A DNA stretch of 64,000 bases, from the NCBI GenBank assembly GCA_963730685.1, contig CAVSSP010000001.1, forward strand, positions 1,687,767-1,751,766. The letters run 5' to 3'. The notes below the pieces were generated by a model that did no database searches, was not told the origin of the DNA, and saw only the letters and a program-made list of their open reading frames with translations. The DNA is from an uncultured Acidimicrobiales bacterium. GTDB taxonomy: Bacteria > Actinomycetota > Acidimicrobiia > Acidimicrobiales > RAAP-2. This document shows, piece by piece, positions 1 to 9,176 of this stretch. A program made the translations under genes and the position numbers. Position 1 is the first letter of the stretch; each line of letters starts with the position of its first letter.

Positions 1-2672
1 GGCCGGCCCCGGAGGTCGACCAGCCAGCCGGCACGTCCGGGTAGTTCGATCCGGGTGGGCTCCGGGCGCGGATTGAAGACCCGCACCTCCAGCTGGCCGG
101 CCTCACGGCGCACGGCGGACACCTCGCCACCCCGCACCGTGAGCGCCGAGCCCCGGTCGGACCGGTCCCCCCCTCCGAACGACGCCGTGGTGGCGAACGG
201 CACCAGGACATCGTCGGCCACGGCGTACGGATCGACGGCGTCGACCACCAGCGCGTACCGGGCTGACACCGGACCGATCATCTGGGGCCCCTCCACAGGG
301 ATGGTCGGTCCGGCGGTCAGGGGCCGGGTGCTCATGCCCAGCCGGGACAGCATCCCGGTCGACCGCAGCAGCGTGAGTGCCAAGGTGTGGGCCTTCCCGT
401 CCCCCGGGGTGGCGGGCTCGTCGGGCGCACCGCCGATGTCGATGAGCTCGTACTCCAGGAGTCCCTCGTGGACCACGGTCAGCCCGCCGCTCGACACGAA
501 GCGCCGCGACGGGAAGGTCGGCGTGGGGAACTCCTCGGGCCGTCCTTCGGCCACCAGGCCCCGCTCGACGACGGTGAAGGCGCACTCGGCCTGTGACGTG
601 CCGGCCGGCTCCCGGAGGGGCAGGTGGACCCGGAGCCGGTGGTCTCTCGACGGATTGAAGAACGAGGTGTGCACGCGCACGGCCGGCTCGTCGGCCCGGA
701 GCTCGAGTGTGGTCGTCACCTCGACCTCGTGCCGCCCCGTCCTCGCCCTGGTGTCGCCGTCGACCCTGTCGGGCCACGAATAGACGGAGGTGACGGCGGC
801 CGTCGCCCGGACGGGCCCCCGTTCGAGGACGGAGACGGCCACCTGGTCGGGGGTGTCGACCACCGAGTCGACGGCGGGGGGCGAGTAGTTGTAGGTGTCC
901 CCGTGGTCCCCGCTGTCGACGAGTCGCCCGTAGCCCGCCACGCCGTCGACGGAGAACGTGCCGTCCCGCCCGTCGACGACCACGGTGACCAGCCCGTTGG
1001 TCAGCGTGGTGCCGGACACCGCGCCCCCGTCGTCGATCACGTGCACCGGATGGGCGAGCGCGGCCGCCTCGAAATGGGCCCAGCCGAACCCCGGGACCTC
1101 CTGCCGGGCGAGGATGCGCCGGACCGGGGGCTGGTCGAGCGTCAGGCGGACCTGGGTGTCCGGCCGGGCGGTGAGCCGGGTGTACAGCTCGCGCTTCACC
1201 TCCTCGATGGGGACGCCCTCGCGTTCCTCGGACCCGATCACCACCGTGACCTCGAGCCCCTCCTCGTCCTCGCTCAGGGCCACGTCGGTCACGTAGCTGT
1301 CGGCGTCGATGCGCGCCCCCTGGATGAGCCCGAGCATGTTGCGGACGGTCTCGCCGTCCAAGGTGATCGACCCGGGGATGCCCATCCGTTCCGACACGAC
1401 CTGCACGTCGGGGCCGGGTGCACCGACTGCCGGCACCACCACCTCGACGACGCCGCCCCGGTCGCGGGCCGACGGGTTGACGGCCAGCGGCCCGGAGGTG
1501 CGCATCGACCGGGCCACGGCCGTCAGGACGTTGTCGGTCAGGCCCTCGCCGATGTGGCGGGCCTCGGCGTAGCGGTGGAGCACCGCGTCGACCACATCGT
1601 CGACGGAGCAGGCGCACACCGAGTCGTGGGCGGAATTGCGGATCATCAGCGTCCAGGCGACCTGGAGGAAGCCCTCGGGCCAGCGATCGGCTGGCAGGAA
1701 CAGTGCCGACAGCGGCTCGGCCAGGCGCTCGAGCGACCGCTCCGCACGCGCCGCCGCCTGCTTCACGTCGACGCGGTTGGAGGCCACCCCCATGAGGAGG
1801 TTGGACCGGGCCCCGGACCGCAGCTCGCCGACCCACCCGGGCAGGTCCTGATCGGATGCCTGCTCGAGATACCGGGGGAGCGAGGTGATGGAGAGCTCGA
1901 AGTCACCCTGGATCTGATTGGCCTCGGCCACCACCCGGCCCAGCCACGGTTGGGGCCGCTGGTGATCGGTGCCGTTCATCAACAAGACGGGCTCTGCCGG
2001 GCGAAGGAATTCCCCGAACTCCTCGACCATCGACCGGAGCCGGCGCACCAGCGACTTGGCGTCGTCGGGAAGCGCGGCGCCGTTTCCATAGCCGGCGACC
2101 AGGTACTCGGCCCGCACGGAGGATCCGTCGGGTGCGCTCCAACGGAACGCGGTCCGGTCGACGGCCGAGGGGACACCCCGCCACACCACGGCGTGCTCGA
2201 ACCCGGCCTCGGCCAGGATCTGGGGCATCTGGGCCACATGGCCGAACATGTCGGGCAGGTAGCCGACTTCCATCACGCCACCGAAGGCGGTCCCGCGTCG
2301 CACCCCGGCCTGGAGGTTCCTGACGATCGTCTCACCCGACACCAGGAACTCGTCCATGAGGATGTACCACGGGCCCACGTTCAGCCGGCCGGCGGCGGCG
2401 AGGGCACGCAGCCGGTCTTCGTTCTCCGGACGGATCTCGAGGTAGTCGTCGATGACCGCCAGCTGGCCGTCGAGGAGGAAGTGGGAGTACGAGCTGTCCC
2501 GCTCCATCTGGTCGAGGAGCCCGTCGACCAGGCGCACCAGCTTGATCCGGAACTGCTGGAAGGGCTCGTACCACTCACGGTCCCAGTGGGTGTGGGGGAC
2601 GACGGCGATCCGGCGGGCGCCGGCGTCCTTCGCCCCAGTCACGAAGCCACCGTCGCCCTGTGCTCCAGTCAC
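1..2672 (-). CDS. GH38-family alpha-mannosidase / mannosylglycerate-hydrolase-like protein, N-terminal ~890 codons (3' end runs off the left edge)
   Basis: Own translation of the minus strand. This frame is absent from the ORF track because it meets no stop inside the window. It reads RRIAVVPHTHWDREWYEPFQQF, VGPWYILMDEFLVSGE, GYLPDMFGH, LMNGTDHQRPQPW, ELRSGARSNLLMGVASNRVDVKQ, NSAHDS. Start is uncertain: GTG 2672, GTG 2642, or ATG 2704. About 60 nt (1860-1922) read sensibly only in another frame. Confidence 0.8.
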   Translation of the reverse strand, partial: MTGAQGDGGFVTGAKDAGARRIAVVPHTHWDREWYEPFQQFRIKLVRLVDGLLDQMERDSSYSHFLLDGQLAVIDDYLEIRPENEDRLRALAAAGRLNVGPWYILMDEFLVSGETIVRNLQAGVRRGTAFGGVMEVGYLPDMFGHVAQMPQILAEAGFEHAVVWRGVPSAVDRTAFRWSAPDGSSVRAEYLVAGYGNGAALPDDAKSLVRRLRSMVEEFGEFLRPAEPVLLMNGTDHQRPQPWLGRVVAEANQIQGDFELSITSLPRYLEQASDQDLPGWVGELRSGARSNLLMGVASNRVDVKQAAARAERSLERLAEPLSALFLPADRWPEGFLQVAWTLMIRNSAHDSVCACSVDDVVDAVLHRYAEARHIGEGLTDNVLTAVARSMRTSGPLAVNPSARDRGGVVEVVVPAVGAPGPDVQVVSERMGIPGSITLDGETVRNMLGLIQGARIDADSYVTDVALSEDEEGLEVTVVIGSEEREGVPIEEVKRELYTRLTARPDTQVRLTLDQPPVRRILARQEVPGFGWAHFEAAALAHPVHVIDDGGAVSGTTLTNGLVTVVVDGRDGTFSVDGVAGYGRLVDSGDHGDTYNYSPPAVDSVVDTPDQVAVSVLERGPVRATAAVTSVYSWPDRVDGDTRARTGRHEVEVTTTLELRADEPAVRVHTSFFNPSRDHRLRVHLPLREPAGTSQAECAFTVVERGLVAEGRPEEFPTPTFPSRRFVSSGGLTVVHEGLLEYELIDIGGAPDEPATPGDGKAHTLALTLLRSTGMLSRLGMSTRPLTAGPTIPVEGPQMIGPVSARYALVVDAVDPYAVADDVLVPFATTASFGGGDRSDRGSALTVRGGEVSAVRREAGQLEVRVFNPRPEPTRIELPGRAGWLVDLRGR

Positions 2673-2695
2673 GAAGCCACCCTCTCCCTGTGCGT
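2636..2695 (-). repeat. 30-bp tandem duplication at the 5' end of the GH38 gene (encodes AQG[E/D]GGFVTG twice)
   Basis: cagtcacgaagccacc..ccctgtgc occurs twice in direct succession (2636-2665 and 2666-2695). Confidence 0.8.
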
Positions 2696-2957
2696 CGATC
2701 CCATGGATGCCTCCTCCTGCGGTCCGTGTCCGGCCAGGTGTCAGATTAGGCGCCGCCGTGGTGCCCAGCCGTCACGGCTGACCACAGGTCCGGCCCCGGA
2801 CCGCAAACGGCCCGAGCCGCGTTTTCCGCTATGACGTAGACCGGAGCCGACGAGAGCAGTCGGCGCCGGACGGCGACTGACGACACACGAGGAGGACCCC
2901 CTGCGCCCCTGGAGCGATCATCTTCCGCCCGGGCTCCTCCTGCGCCCGGAGGACCTC

Positions 2958-4439
2958 GTGGCGGGCGGCACGTTGCTCGAGCGGTGGTCGGCGGGGTGGA
3001 GCGCCGCCCCCGACGCTCCGTTGTGGCTCGATATCCGGACGCCGGCCTCCCGGCCGGGCTCGACGCCCGGTGGCGCCCGGTGGTGGACGGCAGGGGAGTT
3101 CGCCGAGGCCACCGGCCGGGTGGCCGGGAGGCTCGTCGGGGCCGGACTGCGCCCCGGTGACCGGATGGTGTGGTCGACCTCCTCCACGGTCACCGCCCTG
3201 GTGGCCCATGTCGGTGCCCTCCGGGCCGGTCTGGTCCTGGTCCCGGTGAACACCGCCTACTCCGAACGGGAGGTGGCCCACATCGTGGGCGACGTCCGCC
3301 CCGCCGCCGCGGTGGTGGAGCGGGCCGATCAGGCGGAGTGGGTGCGGCGGGCGTCCGATGCTCCGGTGGTGGTCGTGGGCCCGGATGTGGAGCTCGACGA
3401 CGCCGACGGGGGCCCGCTCGACACCGCCGCCCCCGGTGATGCGGCCCTCATCGGGTACACGTCGGGCACCACCGGTGCGCCCAAGGGGGCGGTGCTGACC
3501 CACGCCAACCTGCTGGCCGGAGCGGAGGCGGTGCGGATCGCCTGGCGCTGGGACGCCGATGACCGGCTCGTCCACTGCCTGCCCGTGTTCCACGCCCACG
3601 GGCTGTGCGTCGGGATCTACGGCACGCTGCTCGCCGGGGGATCTGCCGTGCTGCTCGATGGCTTCGATCCGGGCGCTGTCGTCGACGCGGCCCGAGAACA
3701 CCGGGCGTCACTGTTCTTCGGCGTCCCGACCATGTACCACCGCCTGGCTTCGTCGGGGCACGCGTCGGAATTGAAGGGGCTCCGCCTGTGCGCGTCGGGG
3801 TCGGCCCCGCTCTCGGCCGAGCTGCACGGACGGGTGAGCACGTCACTGGGGATGCCGGTGTTGGAGCGGTACGGGATGACCGAGACGCTGATGAACGTCT
3901 CGAACCCGTACCACGGGTCCCGGCGGCCCGGAACGGTGGGGTTCCCCCTGCCCGGTGTCGAGGTGCAGCTGGACGACGACGGGGAGATCCTGGTGCGGGG
4001 CCCCAATGTGTTCCGCGGGTACTGGGAGCGCGAAGCGGCGTCGCGTCAGGCGTTCGGGCCGGCGGCCGACGGGGGATCGCCGTGGTTCCGCACCGGCGAC
4101 CTCGGCGAGGACCTGGACGGCTACCTGGTCATCAAGGGCCGCTCGAAGGAGCTCATCATCTCCGGCGGATTCAACGTCTACCCGGCCGAGGTGGAAGAGG
4201 TCCTCGCCACCCACCCGGGCGTGGCCGAGGTGGCGGTCAGCGGACACCCGTCCGAGGAGTGGGGTGAGGTGGTGACGGCGTGGATCGTGCCGGACGGGGA
4301 CGCCCCCTCGCTCGAGCAGTTGGTCGAGTTCACGTCGGGCTCTCTGGCTGCCTACAAGCGGCCCCGGGTGGTCCATGTCGTCGACCGTCTGCCCCGTAAC
4401 GCACTGGGCAAGGTGATGCGTGGTCGGCTCGGGCAGTGA
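2958..4439 (+). CDS. AMP-dependent acyl-CoA synthetase/ligase (MatB/FadD-like)
   Basis: 493-aa ORF with the AMP-binding motif YTSGTTGAPKG, plus GYWE, TGDLG and a C-terminal K(V)MR tail. Confidence 0.9.
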   Translation: MAGGTLLERWSAGWSAAPDAPLWLDIRTPASRPGSTPGGARWWTAGEFAEATGRVAGRLVGAGLRPGDRMVWSTSSTVTALVAHVGALRAGLVLVPVNTAYSEREVAHIVGDVRPAAAVVERADQAEWVRRASDAPVVVVGPDVELDDADGGPLDTAAPGDAALIGYTSGTTGAPKGAVLTHANLLAGAEAVRIAWRWDADDRLVHCLPVFHAHGLCVGIYGTLLAGGSAVLLDGFDPGAVVDAAREHRASLFFGVPTMYHRLASSGHASELKGLRLCASGSAPLSAELHGRVSTSLGMPVLERYGMTETLMNVSNPYHGSRRPGTVGFPLPGVEVQLDDDGEILVRGPNVFRGYWEREAASRQAFGPAADGGSPWFRTGDLGEDLDGYLVIKGRSKELIISGGFNVYPAEVEEVLATHPGVAEVAVSGHPSEEWGEVVTAWIVPDGDAPSLEQLVEFTSGSLAAYKRPRVVHVVDRLPRNALGKVMRGRLGQ

Positions 4440-4462
4440 CGAGGCGATAGGTTCGCGACCTG

Positions 4463-5302
4463 GTGGCACCGACGAAGACACTCACGAAGTCCCCGGTGAA
4501 CGCGCCGGCCGACGGAACGGCCGACGGAACGGCCGACGGAGGGACCGGGGCGACCGCCGCGAAGCGGGCCCGGAAGCGGAGGGCCGGTCCGAACCGTGCC
4601 CACGAGCGGTCGCTGGCCGAACTCGGCTTCGAGGTGGTGGCCGGCCTCGACGAGGTGGGACGGGGCGCCTGGGCCGGTCCGGTCTCTGTCGGCGTGGTGG
4701 TGTTCCCACCGGACGCCAAGCCCCCTAGAGGCGTGCGCGACTCCAAGGAGCTCACCGAGGAGCGCAGAGAGGAGCTCTTCCCCCTCATCGTCTCGTGGTG
4801 CGCCGACTGGTCGGTCGGACACGCCGACTCCATCGAGTGCGACCGCCTGGGCATGACGGCGGCGCTCAGGTTGGCAGCCCGACGGGCGCTCGGTGGCCTC
4901 AGCCTGGCGCCTCACGCCGTGCTGATGGACGGCAACTTCGACTACGTGAGCGCTCCCGCCGCTCCCGCCGATCCGACCGATCCCGCCGATCCCGCCGATC
5001 CCGCCGGGGCCGCCGATCCGGCCGACCCCGCCCATCCGTCGCTCGGGGAGGCCACGGCCCCCCACGTCCGGACCGTGGTCCGGGGCGATGCCGCCTGCGT
5101 CTCCATCGCCGCCGCCTCCATCGTCGCCAAGGTGACCAGGGACCGTCAGATGCGTGCGCTGTCACCGAGCTTCCCGGCGTTCGACTTCCACCGCAACAAG
5201 GGGTACCCCTCGCCCGTCCATCGCCGGGCCCTGGACGGCAACGGATTGACATCCATCCACCGGAGGTCGTGGTCGTTCGTCGGCGAGATGGCCTTCCGCT
5301 GA
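4463..5302 (+). CDS. rnhB: Ribonuclease HII
   Basis: GLDEVGRGAWAGPV, DSKELT, IAAASIVAKVTRD and GYPS motifs. Carries an ADGT repeat at the N-terminus and an internal PADP repeat insertion. Confidence 0.9.
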   Translation: MAPTKTLTKSPVNAPADGTADGTADGGTGATAAKRARKRRAGPNRAHERSLAELGFEVVAGLDEVGRGAWAGPVSVGVVVFPPDAKPPRGVRDSKELTEERREELFPLIVSWCADWSVGHADSIECDRLGMTAALRLAARRALGGLSLAPHAVLMDGNFDYVSAPAAPADPTDPADPADPAGAADPADPAHPSLGEATAPHVRTVVRGDAACVSIAAASIVAKVTRDRQMRALSPSFPAFDFHRNKGYPSPVHRRALDGNGLTSIHRRSWSFVGEMAFR

Positions 5303-5337
5303 GCGACCGGGCAGGAACCGGTTGCCACCGGACCGGC

Positions 5338-6603
5338 CTAGGCGGGTGAGGGTTCCTTGGGCAGGCCGAGCACGCGCTCACCGATGATGTTGCGGAGCAC
5401 CTCGTCGCTTCCGCCGGCGATCCGCATCCCGGGCACGCCGAGGAGGTACTCGGACCAGGCGTACGTGCCCCAGGCGCCGGTGTCGACCACGAGCGCCGGG
5501 CCGAGCACCGAGGACAGCAGGCCGCAGGTCCGCACCATGTTGGCGGTCAGTGCCATCTTGGCCAAGGACAGCTCCGGGCCCGGAAGCTGCCCGACGGCGA
5601 TCTTGGCCATGGCTCGCTGATTCGTGTACCGGGCCACCCGTTCGTTGACGATGACCGAGGCCAGTTGCTGGCGGATCAACGGGTCGTCGGACCGCCCGAC
5701 GGCACGGGCCAGGGCGATCAGACGGGACGAGGTGGGGAGACCGACCCCGCCGGCCCCGCCGCCGATGGCGGCCCGCTCGTTCATGAGGGTCGTCAGGGCC
5801 ACGGTCCAGCCGCCGTTGACATCGCCGAGCCGGTGGGAGTCGTGCACCCGCACCTCGGTGAAGAACACCTCGTTGAAGGACGCACCGCCGGTCATCTGAC
5901 GGAGTGGGCGCACCTCGACTCCGGGCGCGTGCATGTCGACGACGAATCCGGTGAGCCCGCGGTGCTTGGGTTGGTCCGGGTCGGTCCGGCAGATGATCTC
6001 CCCGATGTCGGAGACCTGGGCCCCCGACGTCCACACCTTCTGGCCCGTGATGATCCACTCGTCCCCGTCCCGGACCGCCTTGGTCTGGAGCGATGCCAGG
6101 TCGGAGCCGGAAGACGGCTCGCTGAACAGCTGGCAGGCCACGATGTCCCCGCGGTACATGGAACGCAGGTACGCCTCTTTCACCTCCTCGGTGGCGTGGG
6201 CGAGGATGGTGGGTGCGACCATGCCCAGCCCGATCCCGTAGACCGCCATCGAGGGCGTGGCGTAGTCGGCCGCCACAGAGGCGTAGATGCGTTGGTAGTC
6301 GCGGGGAAGGCCCCTCCCCCCGTACTGGGTGGGCCCGCTGATCCAGCCGAAGCCCGCATCGAACACCTTCTGGGCCCACCCCCGAGCCCGCACCACGTCG
6401 GCGGCCTCCTGCTCGGGCGTTCGCTCGGGGAACAGGCTCACGCTGTCGGAGCCTTCACCCCATTCGAAGCTCTCCTCGGTGCGCAGGGTGGCGTTGGCCT
6501 CGAGGAAGGCCCGGGCATCGAGCGCGAACTGCTCGGGGGTGACGGCGGTCGGTGCGTCGGCTCCCTTGGAGTCTTCGTGGCTCACCACTGCTGCGTCGGT
6601 CAC
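5338..6603 (-). CDS. Acyl-CoA dehydrogenase
   Basis: ACAD fold motifs (CQLFSEPSSGSDLAS, ITGQKVWTSGA, GGSDEVLRNIIGERVLGLP). I place the start at GTG 6603, preceded by GGGGAAGGGGA. The upstream part of the 643-aa ORF is Arg/Pro-rich shadow sequence. Confidence 0.9.
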   Translation of the reverse strand: MTDAAVVSHEDSKGADAPTAVTPEQFALDARAFLEANATLRTEESFEWGEGSDSVSLFPERTPEQEAADVVRARGWAQKVFDAGFGWISGPTQYGGRGLPRDYQRIYASVAADYATPSMAVYGIGLGMVAPTILAHATEEVKEAYLRSMYRGDIVACQLFSEPSSGSDLASLQTKAVRDGDEWIITGQKVWTSGAQVSDIGEIICRTDPDQPKHRGLTGFVVDMHAPGVEVRPLRQMTGGASFNEVFFTEVRVHDSHRLGDVNGGWTVALTTLMNERAAIGGGAGGVGLPTSSRLIALARAVGRSDDPLIRQQLASVIVNERVARYTNQRAMAKIAVGQLPGPELSLAKMALTANMVRTCGLLSSVLGPALVVDTGAWGTYAWSEYLLGVPGMRIAGGSDEVLRNIIGERVLGLPKEPSPA

Positions 6604-6817
6604 GGTCTGGTCCCCTTCCCCTGTCGGTTCCCGGCCTCCGAGCGTCGGCCTGGTCCGGGACGCCGACAGCGTAACCGTGGCGGCCCGCCCGCCGGTAACC
6701 GCGGCGCCGGCGGAGCACCCACCCGGACCGTACCAAAGGTAGGTTACAAGAGTAGAAGCCACAGACCGTTGAGGCGGGTGCTCCCTGAGCAGGGCCGCCC
6801 GCCCCCTGCCGCTCGGC

Positions 6818-7744
6818 TCAGGAGGGTGACGACAGAACCGACCGAACGGCCTCGTCGAGGTCGGTGTGGGCGAACTCGAATCCTCGGGACTGCAGGACGG
6901 CGGGGAGGACCCGCTGTCCTCCGAGCACCAGCTCATCGGCCATCTCGGTCCCGAGGACGAGGCGGAGCGCAGTAGCGGGCACCGCCAAGATCGTCGGCCG
7001 GTGGAGGGCCGTCCCGAGCGCCTTGGCCAACTCGGCGTCCGTTGCCGGTGAGGGGGCGGTGGCGTTGACCGGTCCGGAAAGACCTTCGTCGGCGATGGAG
7101 TGCATGATGGCGCCGACCTCGTCGTCCAGCGTGATCCAGCTGCGGTACTGGGTGCCGGTTCCCATCCGTCCGCCCGCCCCGATGCGGAACAACGGCAGCT
7201 GCTTGCCGAGCGCTCCGCCGGATCGGCTGAGCACGATGCCGGTACGCACCAGGACGGTCCGTATGCCACCGGCAGCGGCAGGGCTGGCAGCCGCCTCCCA
7301 GGCCTGGCACACCTCGGCGAGGAAGTCGTCCCCGGCCGAGGATGCCTCGGTCAGTGGTTCCTCCCCGCGGACGCCGTAGTAGCCGACTGCGGACGCACTC
7401 ACCAACACGGACGGGCGGGCCGGGAGGGCCAGGATCGAGTCGACCAGGAGTGTGGTGGAGGCGGTGCGGCTCTCGATGATCTCCTTCTTCCGCTTCGGGG
7501 ACCATCGCTTGTCGCCGATGCCGGCGCCGGCCAGGTGGACCACGGCGTGGACCGGTCCGGTCCGGTCCAGCTCGGCCAGGTCGATGACCCCGGCCCCGGG
7601 GTCCCATCGGACCGCGCCGGAGCGACCGGTGTCGCCGACGGGGCCGCTGCGCACCAGCCGGATGACACGGTGGCCCTCCGATTCGAGGCGTTGGGTGAGG
7701 GCGGTGCCGATGAGGCCGGACGAGCCGCTGACGAGGACGTTCAT
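6818..7744 (-). CDS. TIGR01777/YfcH-type NAD-dependent epimerase family protein (SDR with C-terminal DUF1731)
   Basis: MNVLVSGSSGLIGTAL Rossmann motif and YfcH-like C-terminus. The ATG overlaps the upstream stop (ATGA). Confidence 0.85.
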   Translation of the reverse strand: MNVLVSGSSGLIGTALTQRLESEGHRVIRLVRSGPVGDTGRSGAVRWDPGAGVIDLAELDRTGPVHAVVHLAGAGIGDKRWSPKRKKEIIESRTASTTLLVDSILALPARPSVLVSASAVGYYGVRGEEPLTEASSAGDDFLAEVCQAWEAAASPAAAGGIRTVLVRTGIVLSRSGGALGKQLPLFRIGAGGRMGTGTQYRSWITLDDEVGAIMHSIADEGLSGPVNATAPSPATDAELAKALGTALHRPTILAVPATALRLVLGTEMADELVLGGQRVLPAVLQSRGFEFAHTDLDEAVRSVLSSPS

Positions 7745-8574
7745 CCCGCCTGCTCGGCGGGGAGACCGGCCCGGGCCACCACGGAGCGGACCAGGGCGGC
7801 GAATCCGTCGGGGTGCGTGAGGTGGGCACCGTGCTCGGCACCGGCGATCTCGAACAACTCGGCGCCAGGAGTGTGCCCCACCAGCCACTCCACCGTGTCG
7901 TGGTGTCGGCCCACGGACCGACCTCCCCGCCCGAACTGGGAGGGGACGGCCAGTGCGGTCACGTCGAATGGTGGATCCTCGAGCCGGATGGCGCGCAGTT
8001 CGGCGGCCAGGGCCGGCCCGTCGTCACGTCGGGAACGCTTCCCGTCCTCCGACAGACGCTCCCAGGCGGAGTCTCCCATCATCCGGCGAAAGAAGCGCTC
8101 GGCGGCCGCACCGTCGTCGCCGGGAGGGTAGGTGCCCGTGCCGGGCGCGCCGTCGCCGGTGTTCCTCGGCCATACGTCGAGCCAGGGCATCGGGGGCTCG
8201 TAGGCCCCGACGGCGAGGATGGACGTGCCCCCCGGACGGAGGGCGGCACCGACGGCGATGTCCCCCCCGTAGCTGTGGCCGACGACGACGGCGGGTCGGT
8301 CCCGGATCACCGCCAGGAGATCGTCGATGTGCCCGTCGAGGGTGGTGTTGACGGGGAGGACATGACGGGATCCCTGGTATCCGCGGCGGTCGTAGACGAT
8401 GGTGTGGAGGTCGGTGAGACGCCTCAGCACCCGGGTGAAGCTGGCGGCACGATCGAGCGAGCCGTGCACCAGGACCACCACCGGACCGGCGGTGAGTGCA
8501 CGATCGGGCTCGTGTTCTGCAATCGAGAGCCATTCCGAGGGGGACACCGTCGCAGAGCCTGGCAGGTACGCCAC
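7741..8574 (-). CDS. Alpha/beta-fold hydrolase
   Basis: VVLVHG and the nucleophile elbow GHSYGG. The stop overlaps the downstream ATG. The start (GTG 8574) is approximate. Confidence 0.75.
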   Translation of the reverse strand: MAYLPGSATVSPSEWLSIAEHEPDRALTAGPVVVLVHGSLDRAASFTRVLRRLTDLHTIVYDRRGYQGSRHVLPVNTTLDGHIDDLLAVIRDRPAVVVGHSYGGDIAVGAALRPGGTSILAVGAYEPPMPWLDVWPRNTGDGAPGTGTYPPGDDGAAAERFFRRMMGDSAWERLSEDGKRSRRDDGPALAAELRAIRLEDPPFDVTALAVPSQFGRGGRSVGRHHDTVEWLVGHTPGAELFEIAGAEHGAHLTHPDGFAALVRSVVARAGLPAEQAG

Positions 8575-8743
8575 CGCACCGCCATACGGGCTCGTGACAA
8601 GGGGTAATGTCGGAGCGGCCCGCGCTCGGCGGGCGCCGGAACGGCGGAAATCCGGGGTGTCCGAGGGGTCGATCCCCGCGGAATGCACACGCGGGCCTCC
8701 CGGATCGTGCATTGTTGTGGCTTCCGAAACCGAAGGAGAGACT

Positions 8744-9058
8744 GTGCCCCTTACCAAAACCGATCTCATCGCGGCCGTTGCCGCCCACACCGGATCGACC
8801 TCGAAGGATGTGGCCACCGTGCTGGCCGGCCTCGAGGATGTCGTGGTCGCGACCGTGGCCAAAGGCGAGAAAGTCGTCATCACGGGATTCTTGACCTTTG
8901 ACCGTGCCCAGCGCGCCGCGCGCACCGGCCGCAACCCCCAGACCGGTGAGGCCATCAAGATCAAAGCATCGAAGAGCCCGAAGGTGTCGGCCGGCGCTTC
9001 GTTCAAGAAGGTCGTCAACGGCCAGGCCCCGGCTCCCAAGCTGACCAAGGCCAAGTAA
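8744..9058 (+). CDS. hup: Nucleoid-associated DNA-binding protein HU
   Basis: LTKTDLIAAVA...GFLTFDRAQRAARTGRNPQTGEAIKI. GTG start lies 4 nt after AAGGAGAG. Short Lys-rich tail. Confidence 0.9.
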   Translation: MPLTKTDLIAAVAAHTGSTSKDVATVLAGLEDVVVATVAKGEKVVITGFLTFDRAQRAARTGRNPQTGEAIKIKASKSPKVSAGASFKKVVNGQAPAPKLTKAK

Positions 9059-9116
9059 GCGGCGCCGGCAACTGGCCGGCACCGTCAGCACCTGGTGACA
9101 ATCCGCAGTCGGCGTT

Positions 9117-9153
9117 CGGCGGCGGTCGGGGACGTTTCTCCCGGCCGCCGCCG
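9117..9153. terminator. GC-rich hairpin between convergent hup and queE (candidate bidirectional terminator)
   Basis: cggcggcgg (9117-9125) is the exact reverse complement of ccgccgccg (9145-9153). No U-tract. Confidence 0.35.
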
Positions 9154-9176
9154 AGTGCTGTCCGGATCGGTGTCGG

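Noticed and set aside
103-2834. Long ORFs 624-2834 (+, 736 aa) and 103-1836 (-, 577 aa)
   Set aside because: Their Arg/Gly/Pro-rich composition is typical of off-frame or antisense shadows in high-GC DNA. The minus-strand frame carrying clear GH38 motifs explains the region.
5338-7269. 643-aa version of the acyl-CoA dehydrogenase ORF, and similar 5' extensions (7741-9054, 8399-9058, 31427-33943, 29465-31372, 41120-42460)
   Set aside because: The N-terminal extensions overlap neighbouring genes and are not protein-like. Internal starts with SD sequences give normal-length proteins.
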